Source of the DNA: Octopus sinensis | Taxonomy: Eukaryota | Assembly (NCBI RefSeq): GCF_006345805.1 | Contig: NC_043000.1 | Coordinates: 34,224,001-34,288,000, forward strand | Length of the DNA: 64,000 bases | Direction: 5' to 3' | Shown: positions 12,413-24,589 of the stretch, one piece after another | Numbering within the stretch: position 1 is the stretch's first letter | Layout: the number at the start of each line of letters is the position of its first letter | Program-made: the position numbers and the translations under genes | Notes under the pieces: model-generated | Seen by the model: only the letters and a program-made list of their open reading frames with translations | Told to the model about the DNA's origin: nothing | The model's database searches: none

Positions 12413-12754
12413 TTAACATTGCAGACGTATGAAGCACATATATACTCTGTGGTCATGAATGACGACCGTCAATGAGTACAGGTGCAGCAACGATACTTCG
12501 ATACTTCTTCGCTCGAACCGAGGGATAAAGTAAGAAAAGTATAAAAGCAAACAATAGAGGGACGAAGTATAAAAACAACAACAACAACAGCAGCACCAGT
12601 AGCAGCAGCAGCAGCAGCTGTCATTAGCATTTCTTTACACCACTATATGTATATTTGTATTTATATGTATACACGCACACGCACACATATTGGCACATAT
12701 ATGTATATATATATATGTGTGTATGTGTGTGTGTGTACACACATACGTATGTGT

Positions 12755-13360
12755 GATGACAGAGTTCGCCCCATCTTTGAATGTTAAGAGTAAAATGGAT
12801 AGAAAATTCCTGGCGCTGATAGATAAGCATTTTCAGAATAGGCATAAATATGAAACAAACTTTGACATTCAGGGAAACAGCTAAGAAAAACATTATTACG
12901 CGTAGGTCGCACCAGGAGCTCACTCAAAATTGTAACGGTAGAGACCCCAAAACTTGCCTACTCGACTAGGTATGCATGTTTAGCTCAGTAGTTTACGAAA
13001 CTGAAGTCACCACAGAGCTACAAAATAACGAAATTCGAAAGAGAAAGTATATTGGTATATACGAAAGTCACTTGAAAAATAGATCTGTTAACCACCGGTC
13101 TTCTTTATTACACGTAAATAAGAAGAAACCATGAATTTAGCTAGCCATACCTGGGACCGTAAGATCAACAGTACACCACACACTATTAAATAGAGTATCA
13201 TTGAACGATCCAGGCATACGTTAATGGATTACGGAGGTGCAGGTTTTGTATCACCGAAAGATCTCAAATCACTCTTAGATCTAAAAGCTCTAGCAACCTA
13301 CTGAATTCTAGATCCGAGACTTTTATTAAGTGTAAGTACCTGAGCAAGTTTCTATAGTTG
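12755..13360 (+). mobile_element. Penelope-like element, GIY-YIG endonuclease region (decayed)
   Basis: RKFLALIDKHF, CNGRDPKTCLL, VVYETEV...KYIGIYESHLKNR..NHRSS, RCRFCITE, LLNSRSE..KCKY across frameshifts. Confidence 0.75.
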
Positions 13361-13746
13361 AACACCTTCTTCACAGTAAGTGTGCAGTCCTACAAATATT
13401 AACCTTTCCCCGTTGAATTAATTACACTAGCCATTTTAATACTCATTCTAACGGGCTAAAAGAATGCAATTTATATATACTATCCTTCCGTGTTTCTTTT
13501 ACCCTTTTTCTTATTCCGATTTTTCTTTTGCTTTTTGTCTCTCGTTTTTGTTTTCCCAAAGTGCAGCCATGTTATATTTTAAGTCTGAATAGTTGCCTGA
13601 AAATACATGGCATGATATAAAAGCTTGTTTAAACAATGTACTTTCAGAGGCATGAAACTAACAGTAGCTCGCATTTAAATCCCTATGTGTTTAATATTTA
13701 CCTCTAGTTTAAGAATTTTGTTGTTGATCCCACGAATAACAGAACA

Positions 13747-13749
<3 letters not shown>

Positions 13750-13799
<50 letters not shown>

Positions 13800-13966
13800 G
13801 AAAAAAAACACCTTAAATCAATTCAATAATGAAAAGTTAGATTATACCATCTAGAAAATTACATATTATAGAAAGATTAAATATAAGATAAAACATATAA
13901 CAATGATGAAGTAATGTGCAAAATAATAAATACAACGTATATATTTCGTAGAATAACGAAACGTGT

Positions 13967-14011
<45 letters not shown>

Positions 14012-15162
14012 ATATATATACATATATATATGTGTGTGTGTGTGTATGTGTGTGTGTATGTGTGTGTATGTGTGTGTGTGTGTGTATATGTATGTATGTG
14101 CATGCATATACGCGCACTGACACTAACATATGTAAACATAACTGGACACACCGGTTGACATTGCTAAAAAAAAACAAAGGATCGTGGTCACACACATGTA
14201 CATGTACGTACGCGTGCGCAAGCACACACACACACTCACACACTTACACACACATATATTCATACGTATATATATATATATATATATATATACGACGATT
14301 GTCCACTCGCTAGACTATGACCATCACCGACAAATTCTTATTTCTGTTTCTTTTCAGTGACCATGGCTTTTAAAGTCAGCGAGTTGCATTTTAATACAGG
14401 TGCATGCATGCATGCTTGCATGTGCACACATACATACACACATCCACACATACATACATACATACACACATACATACATACATACATACATACATGCATG
14501 CATGCATACATGCATGCATGTATGCATACATACATGCATGCATACATACATACATACACGCATACACACACATACATACATGCATACATACATACATACA
14601 CACATACATGCATACATGCATACATACATGCATACATGCATACATACATACATGCATACATGCATACATAATACCAACGTACACACACACATACATGCAT
14701 ACATACATGCATACATGCATAATACATACATGCATACATGCATACATACATGTATACAAACATACACATAGATACATACATGCATACAAACATGCATACA
14801 TGCATACATACATACATACATGCATGCATACAAACATACATACATACATGCATGCATACAAACATACATACATACATACATACATACATACATACATACA
14901 TACATACATACATACATACATACATACATACATGCATACATACGTACATACATACATAGTACTGACAGTTGTATTAAATAGTGACAAGAGCGACAAGAGA
15001 GAAGGAAAATTATCAAGGAAATCTATTGGGTGACTCATTCACACACAGAAATAGTGACATGTCAAGAAGAACAACAACAGGAATACCAACCACCACCACC
15101 ACCACCACCACCACCAGCACCACCGCCAGTACCAACATTATCAACTACTACAACTACTACTG

Positions 15163-15232
<70 letters not shown>

Positions 15233-15466
15233 TACTACTACCATTACTACAACAGTTAGTTCTTTGTAATTTAGAGATATGTGTAAACCGGATGTAGAGA
15301 ATGTATTTTTTTATGATGTAACAGTTGTACTTATATACATACATGGGGGATACGTATATGCTTGAATACATACATATGAGCATACACCAAGCACACCTAT
15401 ATATATATATATATATAGATATATATATATATATGAATTTATATATATATATATATATATATATAT
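13750..15466. repeat. Compound microsatellite block (TA, TG, TACA/TGCA, CAC, CTA)
   Basis: Direct reading. Confidence 0.9.
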
Positions 15467-16352
15467 CATCACAATCAAGGAACGGCCATAATAGGCCATT
15501 CACCACTAGAAATAACAGCCAAAGCTTCAACCGCAAAATAACATTAATTCCGCAAACCAGGAGAAATTAAAAAACATTTACCCTGTAATTTCTTATACGA
15601 TGCACCGTTTCATCTATTGTTTAATGGTAAACTAACCTGATTAAATTAAATCAAGCCAATCTTCCATAAGCCCTTAGATTCGTCAGTAAGAAATAGCCAG
15701 ATCGGAACAGATATTTTCACGAGGCACTTCTGTCCCTGCCTCGGCAATATCTGACATAAAATTTTCAAATCATCGCACTCGCGCCAAATTTATCGGCAGC
15801 AAATAAATATAAGCCGCCGATTCCATTACGGAACTAACCAGAAAATTCATAATTAATCAATATAGGGTGGCAAAAAATGTTGTAGAATTTTTTTGCCACC
15901 AGCGGCCTAGTGGGAAAAAATTAAATAGTCATAGACCATTTATAAGTTCAACATCACAATCAAGGAACGGCATAATAGGCCATTCACCCACTAGAAATAA
16001 CAGCCAAAGCTTCAACCGCAAAATAACATTAATTCCGCAAACCAGGAGAAAATTAAAAAAAACATTTACCCTGTAATTTCTTATACGAAGCACCGTTTCA
16101 TCTATTGTTTAATGGTAAACTAACCTGATTAAATTAAATCAAGCCAATCTTCCATAGGCCCTTAGATTCGTCAGTAAGAAATAGCCAGATCGGAACAGAT
16201 TTTCACGGGGCACTTCTGTCCCTGCCTCGGCAATATCTGACCTAAAATTTTCAAATCATCGCACTCGCGCCAAATTTATTGGCAGCAAATAAATATAAGC
16301 CGCCGATTCCATTACGGAACTAACCAGAAAATTCATAATTAATCAATATAGG
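15467..16352 (-). repeat. Inverted segment of the ~485-bp hammerhead-bearing array (~1.8 monomers)
   Basis: catcacaatcaagg at 15467 and 15952 (485-bp period); reverse complement of the monomers at 16349-19643; hammerheads on the minus strand at 15588-15694 and 16076-16182. Confidence 0.95.
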
Positions 16353-19300
16353 TCAGATATTGCCGAGGCAGGGACAGAAGTGCCTCGTGAAAATATCTGT
16401 TCCGATCTGGCTATTTCTTACTGACGAATCTAAGGGCCTATGGAAGATTGGCTTGATTTAATTTAATCAGGTTAGTTTACCATTAAACAATAGATGAAAC
16501 GGTGCATCGTATAAGAAATTACAGGGTAAATGTTTTTTTAATTTTCTCCTGGTTTGCGGAATTAATGTTATTTTGCGGTTGCAGCTTTGGCTGTTATTTC
16601 TAGTGGGTGAATGGCCTATTATGGCCGTTCCTTGATTGTGATGTTGAACTTATAAATGGTCTATGACTATTTAATTTTTTCCCACTAGGCCGCTGGTGGC
16701 AAAAAAATTCTACAAAATTTTTTGCCACCCTATATTGATTAATTATGAATTTTCAGGTTAGTTCCGTAATGGAATCGGCGGCTTATATTTATTTGCTGCC
16801 GATAAATTTGGCGCGAGTGCGATGATTTGAAAATTTTAGGTCAGATATTGCCGAGGCAGGGACAGAAGTGCCTCGTGAAAATATCTGTCCGATCTGGCTT
16901 TCTTACTGACGAATCTAAGGGCCTAGGAAGATTGGCTTGATTTAATTTAATCAGGTTAGTTACATAAACAATAGATGAAACGGTGCATCGTATAAGAAAT
17001 TACAGGGTAAATGTTTTTTTAATTTTCTCCTGGTTTGCGGAATTAATGTTATTTTGCGGTTGAAGCTTTGGCTGTTATTTCTAGTGGGTGAATGGCCTAT
17101 TATGGCCGTTCCTTGATTGTGATGTTGAACTTATAAATGGTCTATGACTATTTATTTTTTCCCACTAGGCCGCTGGTGGCAAAAAAATTCTACAAAATTT
17201 TTTGCCACCCTATATTGATAATTATGAATTTTCTGGTTAGTCCGTAATGGAATCGGCGGCTTATATTTTTTTGCTGCCGATATTTTTGGCGCGAGTGCGA
17301 TGATTTGAAAATTTTAGGTCAGATATTGCCGAGGCAGGGACAGAAGTGCCTCGTGAAAATATATGTTCCGATCTGGCTATTTCTTACTGACGAATCTAAG
17401 GGCCTATGGAAGATTGACTTGATTTAATTAATCAGGTTAGTTTACCATTAAACAATAGATGAAACGTGTGCATCGTATAAGAAATTACAGGGTAAATGTT
17501 TTTTTAATTTTCTCCTGGTTTGCGGAATTAATGTTATTTTGCCGGTTGAAGCTTTGGCTGTTATTTCTAGTGGGTGAATGGCCTATTATGGCCGTTCCTT
17601 GATTGTGATGTTGAACTTATAAATGGTCTATGACTATTTAATTTTTTCCACTAGGCCGGGTGTGCAAAAAATTCTACAAAATTTTTTGCCACCCTATATT
17701 GATTAATTATGAATTTTCTGGTTAGTTCCGTAATGGAATCGGCGGCTTATATTTATTTGCTGCCGATAAATTTGGCGCGAGTGCGATGATTTGAAAATTT
17801 TAGGTCAGATATTGCCGAGGCAGGGACAGAAGTGCCTCGTGAAAATATCTGTTCCGATCTGGCTATTTTACTGACGAATCTAAGGGCTTATGGAAGATTG
17901 GCTTGATTTAATTTAATCAGGTTAGTTTACCATTAAACAATAGATGAAACGGTGCATCGTATAAGAAATTACAGGGTAAATGTTTTTTTAATTTTCTCCT
18001 GGTTTGCGGAATTAATGTTATTTTGCGGTTGTTGAGCTTTGGCTGTTATTTCTAGTGGGTGAATGACCTATTATGGCCGTTCCTTGATTGTGATGTTGAA
18101 CTTATAAATGGTCTATGACTATTTAATTTTTTCCCACTAGGCCGCGGGTGGCAAAAAAATTCTACAAAATTTTTTGCCACCTATATTGATTAATTATGAA
18201 TTTTCTGGTTAGTTCCGTAATGGAATCGGCGGCTTATATTTATTTGCTGCCGATAATTTGGCGCGAGTGCGATGATTTGAAAATTTTAGGTCAGATATTG
18301 CCGAGGCAGGGACAGAAGTGCCTCGTGAAAATATCTGTTCCGATCTGGCTATTTTACTGACGAATCTAAGGGCCTAGGAAGATTGGCTTGATTTAATTTA
18401 ATCAGGTTAGTTTACCATTAAACAATAGATGAAACGGTGCATCGTATAAGAAATTACAGGGTAAAAGTTCTTTTAATTTTCTCCTGGTTTGCGGAATTAA
18501 TGTTATTTTGCGGTTGAAGCTTTGGCTGTTATTTTAGTGGGTGAATGGCCTATTATGGCCGTTCCTTGATTGTGATGTGGAACTTAAAATGGTCTATGAC
18601 TATTAATTTTTTCCCACTAGGCCGCTGGTGGCAAAAAAATTCTACAAAATTTTTTGCCACCCTATATTGATTAATTATGAATTTCTGGGTAGTTCCGTAT
18701 GGAATCGGCGGCTTATATTTATTGCTGCCGATAAATTTGGCGCGAGTGCGATGATTTGAAAATTTTATGTCAGATATTGCCGAGGCAGGGACAGAAGTGC
18801 CTCGTGAAAATATCTGTTCCGATCTGGCTATTTCTTACTGACGAATCTAAGGGCCTATGGAAGATTGGCTTGATTTATTTAATCAGGTTAGTTTACCATT
18901 AAACAATAGATGAAACGGTGCATCGTATAAGAAATTACAGGGTAAATGTTATTTTAATTTTCTCCTGGTTTGCGGAATTAATGTTATTTTGCGGTTGAAG
19001 CTTTGGCTGTTATTTCTAGTGGGTGAATGGCCTATTATGGCCGTTCCTTGATTGTGATATTGAACTTATAAATGGTCTATGACTATTTAATTTCTTCCCA
19101 CTAGGCCGCTGGTGGCAAAAAAAAATTCTACAAAATTTTTTGCCACCCTATATTGATTATTATGAATTTTCTGGTTAGTTCCGTATGGAATCGGCGGCTA
19201 TATTTATTTGCTGCCGATAAATTTGGCGCGAGTGCGATGATTTGAAAATTTTAGGTCAGATATTGCCGAGGCAGGGACAGAAGTGCCTCGTGAAAATATC

Positions 19301-19643
19301 TGTTCCGATCTGGCTATTTCTTACTGACGAATCTAAGGGCCTATGGAAGATTGGCTTGATTTAATTTAATCAGGTTAGTTTACCATTAAACAATAGATGA
19401 AACGGTGCATCGTATAAGAAATTACGGGTAAATGTTATTTTAATTTTCTCCTGGTTTGCGGAATAATGTTATTTTGCGGTTGAAGCTTGGCTGTTATTTC
19501 TAGTGGGTGAATGGCCTATTATGGCCGTTCCTTGATTGTGATGTTGAACTTATAAATGGTCTATGACTATTTAATTTTTTCCCACTAGGCCGCTGGTGGC
19601 AAAAAAATTCTACAAAATTTTTTGCCACCCTATATTGATTAAT
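16349..19643 (+). repeat. Tandem array of ~485-bp hammerhead-bearing monomers (~6.8 copies), retrozyme-like
   Basis: tcagatattgccgagg recurs at 16353, 16841, 17319, 17805, 18291, 18770 and 19256; the array ends in (TA)n. Confidence 0.95.
16413..16519 (+). ncRNA. Type I hammerhead ribozyme (representative; repeated at 16898, 17379, 17865, 18351, 18830, 19316 on + and 15588, 16076 on -)
   Basis: ATTTCTTA-CTGACGA-ATCTA...TAGAT-GAA-ACG gtgcat CGT-A-TAAGAAAT. Helix I 8 bp, intact CUGANGA and GAAA core, helix II closed by ATCTA/TAGAT, helix III 3 bp, GUA cleavage triplet. Confidence 0.9.
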
Positions 19644-19677
19644 AAATATATATATATATATATATATATTAATATAT

Positions 19678-19709
<32 letters not shown>

Positions 19710-19715
19710 ACATAC

Positions 19716-19749
<34 letters not shown>

Positions 19750-20135
19750 ATTATAATATATATATATATATATATATATCTATATATAATATATATATAT
19801 ATATATATAAATAATATATATATAAGATATATATATATATATATACACACACATGCATACATCATACATACTACATATATATGACGTGTGTCATTCTGTC
19901 AAAGAGAGTTTGAATGTGAAATATATATGTAGATCACATTTGCAGAAAAATATACACTATGTATATATTTGTACACACACACACACACACACACCACATA
20001 TATATATATATATACGCATATATATATATATAGGTACATATATATACACACACTCAAATATATATGTACATATATATGTACATATATATATACAGTCACA
20101 CTTACATACATACTCACATATACATATGTGTATAC
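19644..20135. repeat. (TA)n/(CA)n tract flanking the array
   Basis: Direct reading. Confidence 0.9.
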
Positions 20136-20361
20136 GCACAAATGTTTATTCTTAAACAAAAATGTTGTTGACAATGACTGTCTTGTTCAATAATAAATCG
20201 GTACTCTTATTAAGTATAGAGTAACTCCTTAAATTAACTTAAAATTGCTTTTTTTATAAATAAATAAAGACACACACATACACACACATACACATGCACA
20301 CACATATATGTTTGTGCGTATGAGTTTATTATTCTTAAACAAGAGTATTGTTAACAGTGAC

Positions 20362-20400
20362 TTCGACGTTTCGGGCAGTTAAGCCATCGTCATTTGTACA
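20362..20400 (-). ncRNA. Degenerate minimal hammerhead-like motif (Penelope terminus remnant)
   Basis: Minus strand: ATGACGA-T-GGC ttaact GCC-C-GAA-ACGT-C; core C3 appears mutated. Confidence 0.4.
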
Positions 20401-20468
20401 CATAATTTCTGCAGCGTACACATCCATCCATCCATCCATCCATCCATCCATCCATCCATCCATCCATC

Positions 20469-20606
<138 letters not shown>

Positions 20607-20619
20607 ATTCTTTTTTTTA

Positions 20620-20900
20620 TTCTTCTAATCTGGAGCACTGCCTTGAAGGGATTTAGTTAAAATCGATCCCTGGCTCTCAAACAAATCGACCCTAGGACTT
20701 TTTTTAAGCTAGTACTCATTTTATCGGTCTCTTTGGCCGAATAGATAAGTTACGGGGACGTAAACACACCACCAACAGTTGTCAAGCGACGATGATATAT
20801 ACGACAGGCTTCTTTCAGTTTCCGTCAACCATCTCTACTCACAAGGCTTTGGTCGGCCCGACGCTATATGTAGAAATAGTTATAGAGCTGGTAGTAGAAG
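20620..20900 (+). mobile_element. SINE family C
   Basis: ctggagcactgccttgaaggg...aagttacggggacgtaaacacacc...tctttcagtttccgtc..ctcacaaggctttggtcggccc; related copies at 24235 and 34520. Confidence 0.75.
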
Positions 20901-21254
20901 ACAGAACAAAGCCCTATACACCAAGAAAACTTAGGATTAATCTTATTGATAATGAAAGTAATTTTCACAGCGATGCAGCATTGGTTCAAATGACTGGAAA
21001 ATAAAAATAGTAGTAAGTTTATACAAATTGATATCTCAAGTCATTATTTTTCAATTAATCGAATATCATTAAACAAGGCCCCTGTTTTCGTCAAACGCAA
21101 TTAGTTTATCAAGACATGAGACAGATATACTAGCTGCTCGTGGTAAAATAATAGATTACGATGAGAAGCCTTGAACGGGATTGGATCAAATGACTCGGCA
21201 CATGTTACTGATCTCGTTGAATTTTTCATTCTTTTCCAGATGGAATCCTAGCAT

Positions 21255-22835
21255 CTTAGGTTAGGGTGAAGTTTATATAGAGACGACGCTCCGTTCATAG
21301 GGGACGATTGTAGTAAAGTAGAACCGAAGCGATGTAGGAAAGGATTGTTGAAATTCTGTACAAATTTTGGACTGTCTATAACAATTAAAAATAATTGTAA
21401 AGTTGTGAATTTTCTAGATGTAACACTCAATTTAAACACTGGCCTGAACCGCACGAACAATTCCCCAAACCCAATGAAAATATAAAGTATGTCAATAAAA
21501 ATCCAATCATCCACACTCAGTTTTAAACAGTATAATGAGAAGTGTGTCAAATAGAATTTCCAGGCCTTCTGCGAGTGACACATTATGTAATTCACACATT
21601 AGAGTATTACAATGCAGCATTAACCAGTGCAGGATATAATAAAAAATATTATATATCCACTCGGCAATAGTACAGTTAATCAATATAAAAATGAAGAATA
21701 ATGAAAAAAAACCCCCCAAAACGTATAGATGTAAATATAATAGCTAACGTAAAGTGAATGCAGATCTAAGGGTTAACATAACGGAAAGAACTAAACTTAA
21801 AATTAGAGTTTAATAGAGGACTAAAAATAAATGCAAATAGAAATAAAGATGGGAAGAAGGTTGATAGCAATAGCAATAAAAAAAACTTAGCTTACTTAAT
21901 TTCCAATTTCCATAACTCTACCAAGAACGATAACAATTACATTAAACCTAATAAGTCTAATAAAGTTAGATACATTACCATTTTCTGGTTTAATCCAGTG
22001 TTCGGTTTACATGTGTCATCTAAAATTGCTAGAGAATTTCCCCTCGTATTAGATATTTCCACAAATATAGTAGATACTATAACGTTTTTAACGGGCATTT
22101 GGTGAAACTGTCCTATGCAATGTTGAATGACATATTCATAAACTCATGAATAGGAAGCTGAATCTAGCAATCACTAATTTTAAAAACATCATCGTAAATA
22201 GCGTAGGTCCAATAAATAGGGACAGCCATAGTAGCCGGGAGCATAATCATAGAAAGAAGAATATCAACTTTAACATAGTAGCAACGGGAATCTTAAGCAA
22301 TAATAATAGTAACACTGAGAATAACAGAAACGAGAACAATGAATATAAAATATTAAAAACAACAACAATAATGTCACTAAGAATAATGAAATAAAAATAA
22401 ATACAAACGACAACCTGGTTGCAAATAGTGGAATGCAATTGTCGAGATAAGAAAGCATGTCCTTTGGCGAACGAATATTTTTGTAGAAACAATGTATACA
22501 AATGTACTGTAATAACAAGTGCACATGTATATGCTTAGATAAGTTCAACGAACGACAGCTTCAAGAACCACTGGAAGAACTATACAACATCAATAAGCAA
22601 CAGTTGCAAAGGACAACACACATCACTTGCTGACCTCAAACAGAAAGATTCAATACAGTAAGACTTGATCAGTGGTACGAAATGCGCATCTATATAATGC
22701 ATGCACAAAAGCGTGTAACCTTTTCTTGGAAGAAACACAAGACATAATATTATGTAATGATAGCCTCATCAACAAGCACTCTGAAATTGTTCTAATATGC
22801 AATCATAGACTTAAAAGTTCCTTTCCAGAATTTGT
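21255..22835 (+). mobile_element. Penelope-like element (YRDD-type RT plus C-terminal GIY-YIG), heavily decayed
   Basis: SLYRDDA...FGLSITIKNNCKVVNFLDVTLNLNTG; IFWFNPVF; ECNCRDKKACPL; KACNLFLEE...LINKHSEIVLICNHR. Confidence 0.8.
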
Positions 22836-22930
22836 TAAAAAATGTGATATTTAATATTATATCAATCCTTTATCTCATAAAGAATGTAATTATAGTTTCT
22901 TTTTCATTGTCATTACTCGTATGTTTAGTC

Positions 22931-23307
22931 GTGGCACTCCGTCGACAACGGGAGTTCCAGTTGATCCGATCAACGGAACAGCCTGCTCGTGAAATTAACG
23001 TGCAAGTGGCTGAGCATTCCACAGATACGCGTACCCTTAATGTAGTTCTTGGGGAGACTCAGCGTGAGACAGAGTGTGACAAGGCTGGCCATTTGAAATA
23101 CAGGTACAATAGAAATAGGAAGGAAGAGTGAGAGAAAGTTGTGGTGAAAGTGTACAGCGGGGTTCGCTACCACCTCTTACCGGAACCTCGTGGAGCTTTA
23201 GGTGTTTTCACTCAATAAACACTCACAACGCCCAGTCTGGGAATCGAAACCACGATCCTACAACCCCGAGTCCGCTGCCCTAACCACTGGGCCATTGCGC
23301 CTCTACA
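22931..23307 (-). mobile_element. SINE family A1
   Basis: Reverse complement of 11584-11967. Confidence 0.9.
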
Positions 23308-23327
23308 GTTTCTTGGTGTTTTGTGTG

Positions 23328-23363
<36 letters not shown>

Positions 23364-24234
23364 ACTAATTTAAAAGGGAAGCCACTTTAGGATAAGTCTG
23401 TTTACCATGGCGTAAGGATATACACGTGTGTGTGTTTGTGTGTTATGTCTGTATATATGTACATATACATTTATACATATATATATATATACATATACAT
23501 ATATATATATATATATATATGCATGTATGCACCATGTAAATGAATATGTATATATGTATAAGGATGCGTGCGCGTAAGTCTTCATGGTTTAATAGCCTCT
23601 CTTAATGAGTGGTAAAGCAACTGTAACAAGACTTAATGACAGCCTAAATTAAGTTTATAAACAGACAAATCTAAGTATGCAAGCAGATAAGTTTGGCATC
23701 CCACAGCGATAACGAACTGACCACACGCCAACGACTTCCTTTGAAGTAGAATGCTAGCAGATACAAGAGATAAGGAATTCTTCCAGTTAATATACGTACG
23801 ATATTATAATATAAGGGTGTTCGTCTATCTTCAGAAAAGTCGAAACAAGAATGAAGTGAATGAGCAGTGTGTTTATTTTACATTTTTGATTTGATATTTC
23901 CATTACTTGTTTTTTGTTTTGGCATTTTCTCTAATTTAAATCTTTTAGTATTTCTCTGTTGCTCTTTGTCAATGGAAAGCTACAAATAGCATAAGGGTAT
24001 AAAACAAGGAGTAACTAAAGATGATCCAGCAGTGCTCTCGACCTTACTCACCTGAAGACGGGCAGGTATACAGCTTTTGTTGGATCATATTAATGCAATA
24101 ATGTGTATATGTGAAACAGCAATAATCAGCTGACACTTATGCAAAGAAACAATTGGAGTGATTTGGAATACAACCTGCTCATCCCACCTTGTATGAACAT
24201 TCTTTTGTGTATATATCCTTTATCTTATCTTTTA

Positions 24235-24389
24235 TTTGCTTTGGTCATGCTGGAGCACCGCCTTGAAGGATTTTAGTCGAACTTGTTAGAGTCTGACTTT
24301 TATTCTATCGTCTCCTTCGCTGAACCGGTAAGTCACGTAGTCGTAAACACACCAACATCGGTTGTGAAGCTCTAGTGGGGGACAGAGCA

Positions 24390-24437
<48 letters not shown>

Positions 24438-24500
24438 AACACACAAACACACACACACACACACACATACACACACAGACACACACACACACAAACACAC
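24235..24500 (+). mobile_element. SINE family C with (CA)n
   Basis: ggtcatgctggagcaccgccttgaagg...gtaaacacaccaacatcggttgtgaagc. Confidence 0.75.
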
Positions 24501-24589
24501 ACACACAATTCAATAAACTTTGGAAATGTTTCGCTGAGACTATGAGAGCGACGTTTAGATTATATTGGAGTTAGCAAATGTTATAAGCA

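Noticed and set aside
15875-15915. Helitron-like 3' end (hairpin followed by CTAG) in the monomer
   Set aside because: The array does not start or end at this site, and CTAG is part of the CTAGTGGG/CCCACTAG RNA stem. Kept only as a weak alternative.
15467-19643. Interpreting the array as CRISPR, rDNA/5S, snRNA or a histone repeat, or as a coding tandem gene
   Set aside because: Whole monomers repeat with no unique spacers, there is no similarity I recognise to structural RNA genes, and there is no long ORF. The hammerhead explains the unit better.
15467-19643. Second (antisense) hammerhead, as in viroid-like ambisense RNAs
   Set aside because: The opposite strand shows only CTGATTA and CTGACCT, with no CUGANGA...GAAA fold.
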